Of a DNA stretch of 64,000 bases, positions 1 through 11,443 are shown in pieces. The DNA comes from Owenia fusiformis (lineage: Eukaryota): the NCBI GenBank assembly GCA_903813345.2, contig CAIIXF020000001.1, positions 41,850,001 through 41,914,000 of the forward strand. The letters are read 5' to 3'. Within the stretch, counting starts at the first letter, position 1. Each line of letters starts with the position of its first letter. The notes below the pieces were generated by a model. It did no database searches. It had not been told where the DNA came from and worked only from the letters and a program-made list of their open reading frames with translations. The position numbers were made by a program, and so were the translations under genes.

Positions 1-327
1 GCATATTACTCACCGGGCTACCCCCTGTATACTTTAATCATCCATCCACTGGTATACAGTATTTAATCCATATGATTCCATAGTGCTTATTTCTCTATGT
101 GGATCTCAGAGTATTGCTTGTTAAATGGTTGAAACTTGCATCCATGTCCAGGGCTCAAGAGATGGAAAATGGATTTCAAACCCATTGCATTGTTATATAT
201 GAAATATCAGCAAATAATAACCTAGCAATGACCTTTAAGCTCTCTCTGAGCCAGGGCTTTATGTTGCACCCTGTTTGATTATTTTTCTCATTTAGTTGAT
301 GTGCCTGTATATTCTATGTTCCTACAG

Positions 328-375
328 AGTGGCTTTGCTGTACCTGAAGATGAGGAAGTATTTGAGGAATATTGA
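328..375 (+). CDS. MAPRE1: Terminal coding exon (variant 1) of an EB1/MAPRE-family microtubule end-binding protein; upstream exons lie outside the window
   Basis: A pyrimidine-rich acceptor (ttcctacag|) is followed in phase 0 by SGFAVPEDEEVFEEY*. This matches the EB1-family tail pattern (xGFxxP, acidic stretch, terminal EEY). The paralogue number cannot be assigned from this fragment. Confidence 0.75.
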   Translation, partial: SGFAVPEDEEVFEEY

Positions 376-1026
376 GCACCAGGCCTAAAGGGTGTCCCAT
401 GTATATGTGACAAGCGGGACACCCTGTATATGTATAGGTAGTCTAGTTATGATTGGCTGGCTTGGTGATTGGGGCTTATTCTTGATGTATCACAGTAATT
501 TGACTCTAATCACTTATTGGTAGATTGAGTGTCTCCTAGGAGATTAATGGAATTCAGGTGTTACCTGGGTGATTGATTCAATACAATAGTGTCGCCCATG
601 GTGATTATTATGATATAATAGTGTCATCCCTTTTCATGTCCTAACCTTGAATTTCCAGTTGAAGTCCTCAAACATATTCAAATGTTGAATTGAAATTATT
701 ACCAGATATTTTTAAATTATCATAAGTCTTAATATTGCTTGATACTACTCCAATACGCGATAAAGTTTTGTTTAGTTCAGTTTAGTAACCTCCCATTTGA
801 AGAACTCTCATGTACGGTGCAACTTTGTCTACATCCGGGTTCTTTCCCATTTGATTACACAGGGGTACGATTTTCAATGCCGCACTGCAGCCTTATTTAA
901 CATTTATGAAGAGTTGCATTTGCAGAAACAATAGATATGTACTGAGTATGTAATTAAGATATACAACAAGGCTTTTTGAACTATAATCCCCAAATCAGAA
1001 GAAATCTGTATTTGGAAATCCCGTCC

Positions 1027-1462
1027 AATAGACTAGGTGCGAGTAGAAATAATCTTGATTTACGTCATTAAATATTCAAAATTCAGTCAAGGTGATGTCA
1101 TATTTGAAATCTGCATGTAAAAGTACATCTAGAAATATGGTTTCGAAAATTGTTTATCAACTTTGAAAATTTATTTTTTTTGAAAATGTGACTTCTTGTT
1201 CGGGTTGATTCCCCATAGACCCCATGATACAAAATCACAAAAAGTGAAATATCTTTTCTTGTATTGGATAGATAACATTTTCCTTTACTGGACATATTTC
1301 AGTTTGCATAACTATTAGATACATAAGGGTTATATGAAAATTGAATCATTAAAACAGATGTGATTTAAGTTTAAGGGAACTTTCTCCTATACCCGCCATG
1401 CTATCTGACCCGAACGAGCCACCTGGTGGTGAATCTGGTAACTACCTACTCGCATCTGCGTT
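1027..1462 (+). mobile_element. ~435-bp dispersed non-autonomous element (MITE-like), copy 1
   Basis: It aligns by eye along its whole length with the reverse complement of 15687-16111. It has short subterminal inverted repeats AGRTGCGAGTAG ... CTACTCGCATCT. Confidence 0.8.
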
Positions 1463-2904
1463 ATTCCAATGACGTCACTGATTTCCAAGAAATTGCTTAG
1501 ACACCATTGAAGATCAAACTTTGAATCTCGGATTATCTTTCTGATTATTGAATAGATTGGATCATATAACTATGCTTGAGGGCTGATGGAAGATCGGAAG
1601 CTGAGAAACTGTCATTTTGTCAAAATTCACGCTAGTTTTATCAGAATTTGTTGAAATTTCGTTTGAGTAATTGTCCGCCATTTTGATCCTATACATTCGC
1701 TATGATGTACTCATCGACCAATGAAATTAGCGGATCGTGACCTTTGACTTTGCAATCTCCGGACATTTCATTCAGAGTAATTGACTCGTTCGGTAGGCCA
1801 ATGAAAATTTGTCCCTTCCAAAGTGATGCGAATTAGAGTATTGAATTACATGTACAGCACATAACAATTGATGTGCAGCTCCAGATTAAACCAAAATGAA
1901 TGAACTTTTTCTAATCTTTAGAGATTTTTTGTGTTTCTATTACTTAAAATTAAGCTTTTAGGCGGTAATATTTTAATCAATGATGCAAGCATAGCTTTTT
2001 AAATGAAGTTTATCTTTGTCAGTAATAAACTAAGCTTTATAAGGATGAAATAGGACTATGTAAGCTTCATGCCTTGTAAGTCGTACTTATTGTAATACCT
2101 ATACTGTACTCGTACTTCTTATTAAGTGACTATTGCTAAGTATTTGTGGAGTTTTAAGGCAGTTCTTCAAGTTTCTTAAATACATGCTAAATTGGAGTGA
2201 AGAAGCATTGCAAGATATGAACCATGTAGTCAGCTTGATGTTTATTGAACAATTAAGATAATATAATATGTCATCTTATACATCATATGTCATTTTATAC
2301 ATTTACATAGCTGCATTTAAAGCTGTATAACTATGCTATCTATCTAGGTTCGTAACTTTATATACATTTATATAAAGCCTCTACATAATATATTAAATAT
2401 CATATAAATGTCTGTCAAATTGAACATACTTGTAGCATCACTTTTATGGATACACTGTTTACATCCTTATGATATCATTGACTCCTGTCACTGTTTTAGT
2501 TCCTATCATATTTCAGGCTGGAAGTCATATGAAAAAAAAGTTGCAAGTCTGTAGCTATCCACCCAGACATGACAAATATTTCTACTATTCCCATGAAATA
2601 CATGTGATTGTAATGCCTCAGAAATGCAGCAAAATGAATTGTAAAATTTTCCGGGTAGTATACATTCTGCCATATTCTCCCTAGCATCATCCTCGTGCTT
2701 CCCACTTACTGTGCCGCATTTTATCACCTTTCACAAAAATCTAACCCCCTGGTTCTTACTTTTTAGCACTTTGTGATTTCATTTGTGCCCAAAATGAAAT
2801 ATTTTTATTTTCTAGTCTAGGTGTATGAAGGTGTGATGACTATACCAAGTACTAAATATATAACCTCATAGTGACTGTTCTTAAAAATTTGTATTACAAA
2901 CCTG

Positions 2905-2995
2905 ATTTGATTGTTTCAGTATTGTAACCCTGTTTTGATTGTTCCAGTAAATATGTAACCCTGTTGTGATTGTTCCAGTAAATATATAACCCTGT
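2905..2995. repeat. ~31-bp tandem repeat, about 3 copies
   Basis: The unit TGATTGTTCCAGTAAATATGTAACCCTGTT is repeated immediately upstream of the 3010 acceptor. Confidence 0.7.
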
Positions 2996-3009
2996 GCTGT
3001 GTGTTTCAG

Positions 3010-3087
3010 GATGGATTTGCATCCCCAGAAGAGGATGGAGAAGTGCCAGCGGGTGAACAGGGAGTTGAAGAGGAAGAAACATACTGA
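3010..3087 (+). CDS. MAPRE1: Terminal coding exon (variant 2) of the same EB1/MAPRE-family gene
   Basis: The acceptor gtgtttcag| is followed in phase 0 by DGFASPEEDGEVPAGEQGVEEEETY*, with the same GFxxP + acidic + terminal Tyr pattern. A long AT-rich 3'UTR-like stretch follows, with AATAAA near 4099-4112. Confidence 0.75.
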   Translation, partial: DGFASPEEDGEVPAGEQGVEEEETY

Positions 3088-5491
3088 ACACAACGAACTG
3101 ATATGTACACCTGAACTTCACAATATAATGATAATATATATATATATAGACTATATGGCAAGGGTAGAGCAACAAGGAAACCTGTTTCAATTATATGTGA
3201 TACACACCTTAACATTTGTCATCATTGTCACACAGACTATAGTCATATTGTTGTGCCATCTTATGCCATCACTATAGATGGCGATGACTATATGCTGACC
3301 TTAATTCGAATAAACATAGAAGCCAGTTTGCTGTAGTATTTTCCTGGATTGGAGTGTTTCTTATTTGCTGGAGTACACTTATTGTTTTCTTTTATTGAAC
3401 TTTCATCTTTGGAAATGCTTTAGGTAAACAATTGTGTATTTTTCAACACCTCACTTCAAGATTGCAACATTGAAAACTGTACCTTTATGCTGTGTAGCTT
3501 TGATATGCAAGTCTTTATTTATATGTATCATTTAGTTTCTCATTCATTTCTGTCTAATTCTACTCTCAAAATCAAAAATGTGTTGCCTAAATGCAACCCT
3601 AAATATAATGTACATTGTACAAATCCGTGTCATTGAAGTTTGTATATACAGGGTGATCTGAAAACTAAAAAGCATGTTTTGTACCACTCTGCAGTTAATA
3701 TGATATTTTATATTGAACAGTATAAACTAAACTGTATACATAATAATTGTACATAGAGTATGGTTGCTTATCACACTTTAACAAATAGAGCCTTATGAGT
3801 ACAGTAAAACCTGTATATCCAAACAACTTTAATCTGAACATCTATCAATGTGTTGTTATTTATTTGTGAACACTTTTGGTTCCATACAGTAGATTACCAT
3901 TGTTGAAAACCTCAAAATGCAAACACCTGCCATGAGTCCAAACAATGCCTCAGTGGTGCTGGTATTGCCAAATTGCAATCTGGTTTATATTTCATCATTC
4001 TAATACCTGGTCCATTTTTGCCTTGCTAAGGAAGGTTGTGATCTCACACTATGGTATTTTGTTATATTTTACTTGTATGAGTAAGGCTCTTCTTGGAAAA
4101 TAAAGTAATAAAGCTGATAGCCTATCACCAATATGTATTTCACTATTTGTAACTTCATAACATTTGTACTTTATAACATGTACATGTATATGAAACATGC
4201 TAATATTTTATTTATATTGAATTTGTATCATATCCAGTCATTTCACTTATTCTGAACTGAATTGATGTATACTAATACACTGTATGTCATTATTTATGTA
4301 GGTAGATTTTGAAATGAAAGAATTGATCTTAGGAATGTAGAAATATATCCATATAGTACTAATAGGGGTCAGACGGTTTCAAAATGTTTGGAATTGTTAA
4401 TTATGAATTCCTCCGTTTGGTTATGGGTTCTGTTATTCGGTTCTTATTGCACTATTATATTCTGCTATGAATCTTATCATAAGAATTGTAAAACAAAACT
4501 AGCCTGTATTATTGCCAAATTTTTAATCTCATGTTATAGTCTTTGTCTGTTGAAATAATATGTGTTGGCTGAATCTTATTCTTGACGTTTATATCGTCTC
4601 ATCCGTTGGTGTTTTTTCTCAACATTCGGAGCAGACATTTTCTTGATCTACGATATTCAAGTGAATGAACCATTGGGGCCAATGATGGTTGGAACTCCAA
4701 AGTTTCGGTTAACTGCCTGAACCCTTGTACTATCCTTGATAGATAAGTTGTGTTTAGATAAACAAAAGTAATGTAGACTACTCTAACTGCTTTATATTGT
4801 ACATTAGTTTTAGTAAAATTTCATCAGGAATTCGGCTATTTCTATGAACGTGATAATATTAGTTGGGATATTTTTGACATACTAATACACGCATTCATTT
4901 TACACGAGACAGTCATGGTGTGAAACCATGAATTGTTTTTCATACAAGGTAAAAAAGGTGGGCTTCCATCAGTTTTTGTCACAATATCTTTATCATCAAT
5001 TCTTCCCGCCTGCTTAGCCATCACTAAACGTACATGTAGGTTTTATCACACACAAAATAATGACAACAAATGGTCACTAAAATTTTTATGCAAAAATGTA
5101 AATATTTGAATATTGAAGTAAAATCTTTATTATGGATTACTGTAAGTTTACCATGGTTATTCTTTATATAATATGGTTACCATGGTGACTATTATAGTCA
5201 GTTGAATGTGATATCACAGTTGTGTATATCTCTAACATTTAAATTTTCCAATGTTTCTCAAGTAGCAGTGTTTATAAGTAATGGAATAGAAAGTGCCCCC
5301 TCTCAAATGTAAATATATGTAAAGAAAGATGTTGAAATATCTAAAATTGTGTATTCGTTTCAGTTTTCAGGTTCTTATGTAAAACCTCTTTGTAAAAAAC
5401 CATTCTGGCAAAATACACAACTGAGTTATATAAATTAGATTGTATGATGTTTTGTTTAATGTATGATTTGAAGGACTGGCAATATCAAATT

Positions 5492-6067
5492 ATCAATGTG
5501 CTGCAGTGTTGCACCATTAACTGAAACTATAGCTACTATCCGAGCTATATATCTTACACTAATCCAGCACTTTTCCAGATAACATCAATGTGCTGCAGTG
5601 TTGCACCATAAACTGAAACTATAGCTATTATCCGAGCTAACTATCTTACACTAATCCAGCACTTTTCCAGATAACATCAATGTGCTGCAGTGTTGCACCA
5701 TAAACTGAAACTATAGCTACTACTATATCTAGTATCCGAGCTATCTATCTTACACTAATCCAGCACTTTTCCAGATAATATCAATGTGCTGCAGTGTGGC
5801 ACCATAAACTGAAACTATAGCTACTATCTGAGCTATCTATCTTACACTAATCCAGCACTTTTCCAGATAATATCAATGTGCTGCAGTGTTACACCATAAA
5901 CTGAAACTATAGCTACTATCCGAGCTATCTACTGTATCTTAGACTAATCCAGCACTTTTCCAGATAATATCAATGTGCTGCAGTGTAGCACCATAAACTG
6001 AAAATATAGCTATATCGAGTCCCTGCACTAATCTAGCACTTTTCCAGATAATATCAATGTGCTACAG
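5492..6067. repeat. ~92-bp minisatellite, about 6 copies
   Basis: The unit ATCAATGTGCTGCAGTGTTGCACCATAAACTGAAACTATAGCTACTATCCGAGCT...CCAGCACTTTTCCAGATA is repeated with small indels. Confidence 0.9.
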
Positions 6068-6362
6068 TCGTACATTTTAGATGTACGTTGTCTTTTCTGC
6101 TAATTTGGATCCCATTTCCTAGGATGAGTAACGAAGCGAGGTAAGAAATACCATTGGTTTATCAATATTGTGTCAGTTCACCACCAAGTAGATGTATATT
6201 TATTCCGTTATTAAGTTGAAAATATGACTATCTCCTTTGAAAGATCTTCAATAACTTCATTATTTTCTTTTACATCTACCCAACCCGTCAGCAATCTCCA
6301 ATTTTTGACAGAATCTGACAATGCAAATAACAGCCAAACCACGACTAACGCAACTAAATATA

Positions 6363-7356
6363 CAGGGTGACTCAAATAAAAAGAACCCTCCAATAATGAA
6401 ATAACTTATTTAATACCTATGTAATCAACCTCATTTTTCATGTACATTAACTACAATCTATGGATGACAATGTGAGACTAAATTCTTTACATAAGATTCA
6501 ATAGTCTTCTTGTTACGGTTAATAAAAAATATGGCCACTTTTGACAGAAAATGTAAGATTTTCGTATCAACCCAAGGGACCTACACATCGTTTGTTTAAA
6601 CCCAGGTTTAGGTTCTTGTAAAGCTGCATTTTGTGAGTAAAGAGGTTGAGATCATTTTTGAGGAAGTGTCCCAGCAACCTTTAAGCCATCTTTAGGTATG
6701 GTTGCAGCTTGTGAGTTATGTTTTGGAACTACGTTCAATACAATCACACAGTGCTTCAGGGTGTTCTCATACCCCATTTTAAGAAACTTCCCAAGAACGA
6801 CGGATAGCTCTTCATTTTTTTTCCATGCAGGTGTTTAAAAGTTCTCTTTTTTCCTCTTCCAACTCATTTTTAAATACGACTTTGATATCACATGTCATGC
6901 AATGCTCTTGGTTGATCATTCTGCCGTCTTATGATTTCGTGAGAATTTATTCGATGGAATTTCGTACAGCGAGGTGTTCTTGCTCAGAAGCCAGGAATTA
7001 CAGTCATCTATCTTTTACAGGTGTTTTACCAATTTTACCTATTCTTCATTTTTTCAATTAAAATATTAAAGGAGACTTTCAGTTGACGTATTCTGTCGTC
7101 TGTAATTCCCTTCTAAATTTCTAATAAATCTCAAGAAAGGAATTTGTCAAATTGTCGATTTTCCGAAAATTGGACACATTCTAAGATCATCCATAATATC
7201 ACAAATAATCAATGTTGCGAAACACAACCTTTATATTATCACATTATCATCCATAGATTCTAGTTTATGCACATGGATAATTGGGTTGATAGGATAGGTA
7301 CGCTTATTTAAGAAATTATTACACTTTAAGAGGGTTTTGTTTTTTGGGCCACCCTG
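6363..7356 (+). mobile_element. Degenerate Tc1/mariner-superfamily deletion derivative
   Basis: TA|CAGGGTGACTCAAATAAAAAGAACCCTC at the left and GAGGGTTTTGTTTTTTGGGCCACCCTG at the right form imperfect TIRs. An internal stop-interrupted stretch (~6740-6830, YNHTVLQGVLIPHFKKLP..LFIF) resembles the region before the second catalytic Asp of these transposases. Confidence 0.6.
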
Positions 7357-8940
7357 TTAGTACACATATAGAGTTTATGCAAAACCACTTTTTACTTTGG
7401 ATGTTACTACAATAAATACTCGTAGATACAATACGTTGTCGACTCGGTTGTACGTTGTCCTATTACAGATCTAACCCTAATTCATTTAAACTTGAAACTA
7501 AACTATCATAGTATTACTTCAACTTGATCGAACTTTTGAACCTCTGCACATTCTAGATATAGCATAGATGGGATTTGAAAAAGTCATCCTCGACTAGCTA
7601 GTATAGATCTCTCTATCAACTTCTTCAGATTATAAAATCCATGAACGTGTAATGTAACGTACAGATGTACTGACGCCGAATGGTCAAAGAGGTTGGAACC
7701 TAACACCCCATGGTCCCATATTCGTCACCAATTATGCTTAAAGTGTGCGCCTGACCCGGCTACGTATAGCACAGAGTTTATACTGGCGGATTAGACTAGT
7801 TCATTTTTCATATGTGTGTGAAAGCTTTCTCTTATTTGCGTTTTTTCGTTTAGTACGGTTCTGTTATAATTGCCGAGGTCATATAACCGGGATAAAACAA
7901 TGATTATCGTTGACTGCCCACACACAAAACATACGTTGAGTGAACAGTGTTATTACAAACAACAGGCTTTAGAATACAAAGCGTAGTGTGATAATAAGCT
8001 GTACACTACCACTGCATGTACATATTACTAATTTACTAGGGCTCCCAAAGAGTGGATAGGGAGGTTGTGTTTGTCACTTTTAAATTTTACATTTCAAAAT
8101 TGTCATTTTACATGTCATAATTTGTTGGTTTCATTCGTTTAGCAAATCAAAACATTGTAAAATAAATTGTCTGTTACGTACAATCAATTTTGTTCAGTTT
8201 TGATTAGTTGTCAGAATAAAGTTACGTTCATCTGAATCCATGTATCAAAACAAAAATCCTATTTTCACTTCAAAATACTTCAGTGAGATGAAGGCTCGGA
8301 ATTGTCACATGCAATAACTTATTGTCGTATTCGTTATTTAATCTTCTCGATAGTAGCATTTAGTCGCACATTTGATGCCAGGTCACCTTGTCGCGTACCT
8401 CTTGGGGAACCCCACATTTATGTGTTTACTCATGGAAGTAAATTCCCCGGTGTAGCCGAGAGCCACAAACTTTTCAACAGGTTCGAAATGACCAATTTCT
8501 CTCATATACTCTAAATATTTTATTATTTAGGACCTACAAAGTATTGCTAATAACCATATGTAATTTCAATAAGGAAACTTATCTGGCTACATATAAATTC
8601 AATATCAACACTAGCTGTTCTCTCAACACGTCCTGGCTTACCTTGTGGTGACAAACCCTGGATTTTCGCTATTTATAGTTTATCAACACCTGGACGCATG
8701 CGCATTTTATAGTTTATCGGGCACTTTAAATAAATAATATTATTAAATACTGTTCTGTATACCTTTGTTGCAAGGATGTGTTCGTTTTACATCACTTGTT
8801 ATTCATTATAAACCCAAATTAATTTTGAGATAAAGCTATTGGATAGTTTACATATAACATCTCATGGGTTTGTGATAACGTACGTGTACAGTGAAGTTGT
8901 CAACGTACACCCGGGTAACGTGTATACTAGTAGTTCTTAA

Positions 8941-9312
8941 AGAGAGAATCAGAGATAGCGAGCAGGCCCAACAAAAAATTGTTTCAATTTTAGAATATTT
9001 CTGGCTCATATAATTCCTTGTCATGTCTATTTTCTAAAAATCCCCAAAGTGCACACTTTATTTCAGGAAAACTAAAGATTTTTACAATAATGTATTATTT
9101 TTCTATAAGAATGGTTACCATTCTTATTATTTGGGAGAATTTAAACATTTTTCACCTATTTTTGCACTTTGAATCCATAATAACTTCACCAATTTAGAAC
9201 ATATCGTGAATCTTTTGGGAGATATTGTATTTGAGATTGTAAGGAATAGATTGGTAGGTCAATCATACATATTGCTTGTAATTTTGTCACCCCTATAGAT
9301 CTGATTCTGCCT
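8941..9312. mobile_element. TTAA-flanked MITE (Kolobok-like termini)
   Basis: TTAA|AGAGAGAATCAGA ... TCTGATTCTGCCT|TTAA: imperfect TIR, AG...CT termini and a TTAA duplication. Confidence 0.6.
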
Positions 9313-9607
9313 TTAAATAATACCCAATACTGAATATTTATTAAATCTTCACCCGTCCTACAGTTTAGAGAAACATGTTCCCATAAAAATCATCGATACT
9401 CTTAAACGACAAGGGAAAATGATCAAAGGAAATGCGAGAATCTTTTAGCCAAATTAAAAAAGTTAATTAATTAAAAGTCTTTCCAGGAGAATACGAAATT
9501 AAACAGGACATCCTTTATGCATTCATCAGATTAATTTTTCAAAACCTACATCATAGTTTTTGCTTCAAATCAGTTGACATTGACAACGAAAGATAAAGGA
9601 AAACAAT

Positions 9608-9679
9608 TAGCAGAGCAAGGTTTCGATCCTCGGACCTCTGGGTTATGGGCCCAGCACGCTTCCACTGCGCCACTCTGCT
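9608..9679 (-). tRNA. tRNA-iMet: Initiator tRNA-Met (CAT)
   Basis: The reverse complement is AGCAGAGTGGCGCAGTGGAAGCGTGCTGGGCCCATAACCCAGAGGTCCGAGGATCGAAACCTTGCTCTGCTA (72 nt). It has the A1-U72 pair, a GGG/CCC anticodon stem, a CAT anticodon and the ATCG T-loop typical of eukaryotic initiator tRNA. A TTTT Pol III terminator lies a few nt downstream. Confidence 0.97.
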
Positions 9680-10980
9680 GTCATGCAATCCTGAGTCGAG
9701 AATAGTTGTTCTATCCAGTTTGATTGCAACCACAAAATAGAGAAAAAGCGACCCACTTTGCCCGTCCAATCTCGCCAATATACGGAAGTTAGCCACGCTT
9801 TAGTTGGCAAGTTATCCTTGCCATTTTGTAGGCCCACTTTGCGTAGTTTCAACATTTTGTGGGAAAATAAAGTCTTTGAATTTCATTGTATTTCCAATGG
9901 ATTGATAAGTACTAAATATCTTTCGTTTGACTCCAAAAACAGCTCAAACGGGCCACATCGGAGCTTGCAATATAGCCAATATGTTATGTCAAGCTTTATA
10001 TGTCAAGCTTTCATTAATGTCAATGAAAGATTGCGAAGTTGTTTGATTACATGATACAGCTGTACATTCATTTTTATAGAAGTTTTAAATCAAGAGTAAT
10101 AACATGCACTTTGTCAAAAATGTGCTTGCACTACTTATGATCTCTGAACTTCAAATGCCGTTTTCTACGTTGTTTTTTCCTTGGTTTAATATTACTGCAA
10201 ATCAAACTTTGTATCAAATTGACTGCCTTTTTCTTTTTTTCTTCTAAATAACCATAATGGGGCTTAAATTAATTGAAAGCGATCTTACAGACCGACGACG
10301 ATAGGTTTTTATACTATATGTGCATTTTTCATTATGATTTAACAGATGGCAACACTTTAAAGCACACAATATATTGGCAGGGTACTATCATTCACATTAT
10401 AACTATCATAATATGTCATTTTATTTTAATCTCATTTCTACCAGAATAAAATTTGTTTTCTACAACTGAGAAATAGCTTAGATGATTCTACGTGCTCTAA
10501 AAATATGTCAAAGCAATAACGAGGATACGCCGTTTACTCGTGAGTTAAAATGGCCGTACACGAAGAAAATGTTTTTATCTCTGTGTTTTGAATTGTTTTA
10601 TGTAATAATTGATTTTGCGAAGACTTAGTGCTCAGGTGAATCTCAGGTGCTCAGTTATGCCAGCTGCATGGTTACATCGCCTGCCTGTAGCATGGACGTG
10701 GCTAAATGTTTTGGCAAAATGTTTTTTCAGTGCATAAACCATGCCTGGCCCGGGCCATGAAACGGTGATAGTCATGTCTTGAGATGTTTTAGAATAGAAA
10801 TGCAGTCTATATAAGTAATTATAGGCTAAGAAACAGAGAGTAAGTTATCAGAAGCTGTTTTTGAGCATCAACGCTTTATTCGTCCCCAGATGTCAGTAGC
10901 CCTAAAAATGTAAAAAGGCCTAAGTTAATTTAGGTGCCCCACTTTTAAAATCGAATCTCCCTCCATCTCGAATGCCAACA

Positions 10981-11280
10981 TCAATATTTACGAGGTATTG
11001 ATTTTTCAATTAAACAGGCCTTTCGATGACATGAACACTGATTTACAAGAAGTACTAAAACTCGAGTCTCGTTGTAGTTGCATCCTAAGCAGGTGTCCAG
11101 AATCCGTACCTCCTTCTTCCCAGGGGGTAAAAAGAAAGAAGATATTCTGGATTTTGAAGCCCTGTGATCGGAGGATGTTGTAGTTGATGAGCACTTAGGT
11201 TTATCCCCGGCGTGTCCTGGCACGGGATAAAAGAGCACTGCCATTACGAAAACTCCCGATAAAGCGAGGACAGAGCTCAT
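10981..11280 (-). CDS. Candidate intronless small secreted protein, 99 aa, 6 Cys
   Basis: The ATG has A at -3. The N-terminus is signal-like (MSSVLALSGVFVMAVLFYPVPGHAG), followed by six Cys (C30, C64, C67, C82, C84, C89) and an NET sequon. GC is raised relative to the flanks. A TA-rich box lies ~50 bp upstream and AATAAA (minus, 10875-10880) ~100 nt after the stop. No family was recognised with certainty. Confidence 0.45.
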   Translation of the reverse strand: MSSVLALSGVFVMAVLFYPVPGHAGDKPKCSSTTTSSDHRASKSRISSFFLPPGKKEVRILDTCLGCNYNETRVLVLLVNQCSCHRKACLIEKSIPRKY

Positions 11281-11328
11281 TATGATTTATCAGAGCCTCT
11301 CTTTATCTAAAGCTTTCTATTGAAAGGG

Positions 11329-11410
11329 ATATATATAAACAGAGAATCCCACAATGGATAAATCGTGGAACTTTATAAACTTTCAAATTTCCCGCCAAAT
11401 ATCCGGAAGT
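11329..11410. promoter_or_regulatory. Compact, possibly bidirectional, promoter upstream of LMLN
   Basis: ATATATATAAA (11329-11339), E2F-type TTTCCCGCC (11388-11396) and ETS-type CCGGAAGT (11403-11410) lie within the 163 bp between the two divergent ATGs. Confidence 0.55.
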
Positions 11411-11443
11411 ACATTTTATCTCCACTTAGAAGAGCTCGCCACA

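Noticed and set aside
2821..2871. Possible third MAPRE terminal exon (tctag|VYEGVMTIPSTKYITS*)
   Set aside because: It lacks the GFxxP and acidic/Tyr tail; an acceptor-like context alone is insufficient.
2999..3277. 92-aa ORF from the track
   Set aside because: It is in the wrong frame; the EB1-like exon reads from 3010 in another frame.
7471..7480. CTAACCCTAA as a telomerase RNA template or telomeric seed
   Set aside because: It is an isolated 10-mer in AT-rich DNA, with no recognisable pseudoknot, CR4/5 or H/ACA domain nearby and no tandem TTAGGG.
11354..11443. Upstream in-frame ATG extending LMLN by 30 aa
   Set aside because: It overlaps the promoter motifs and would bury the signal peptide. 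ATG 11444 has good context and starts a typical signal sequence.
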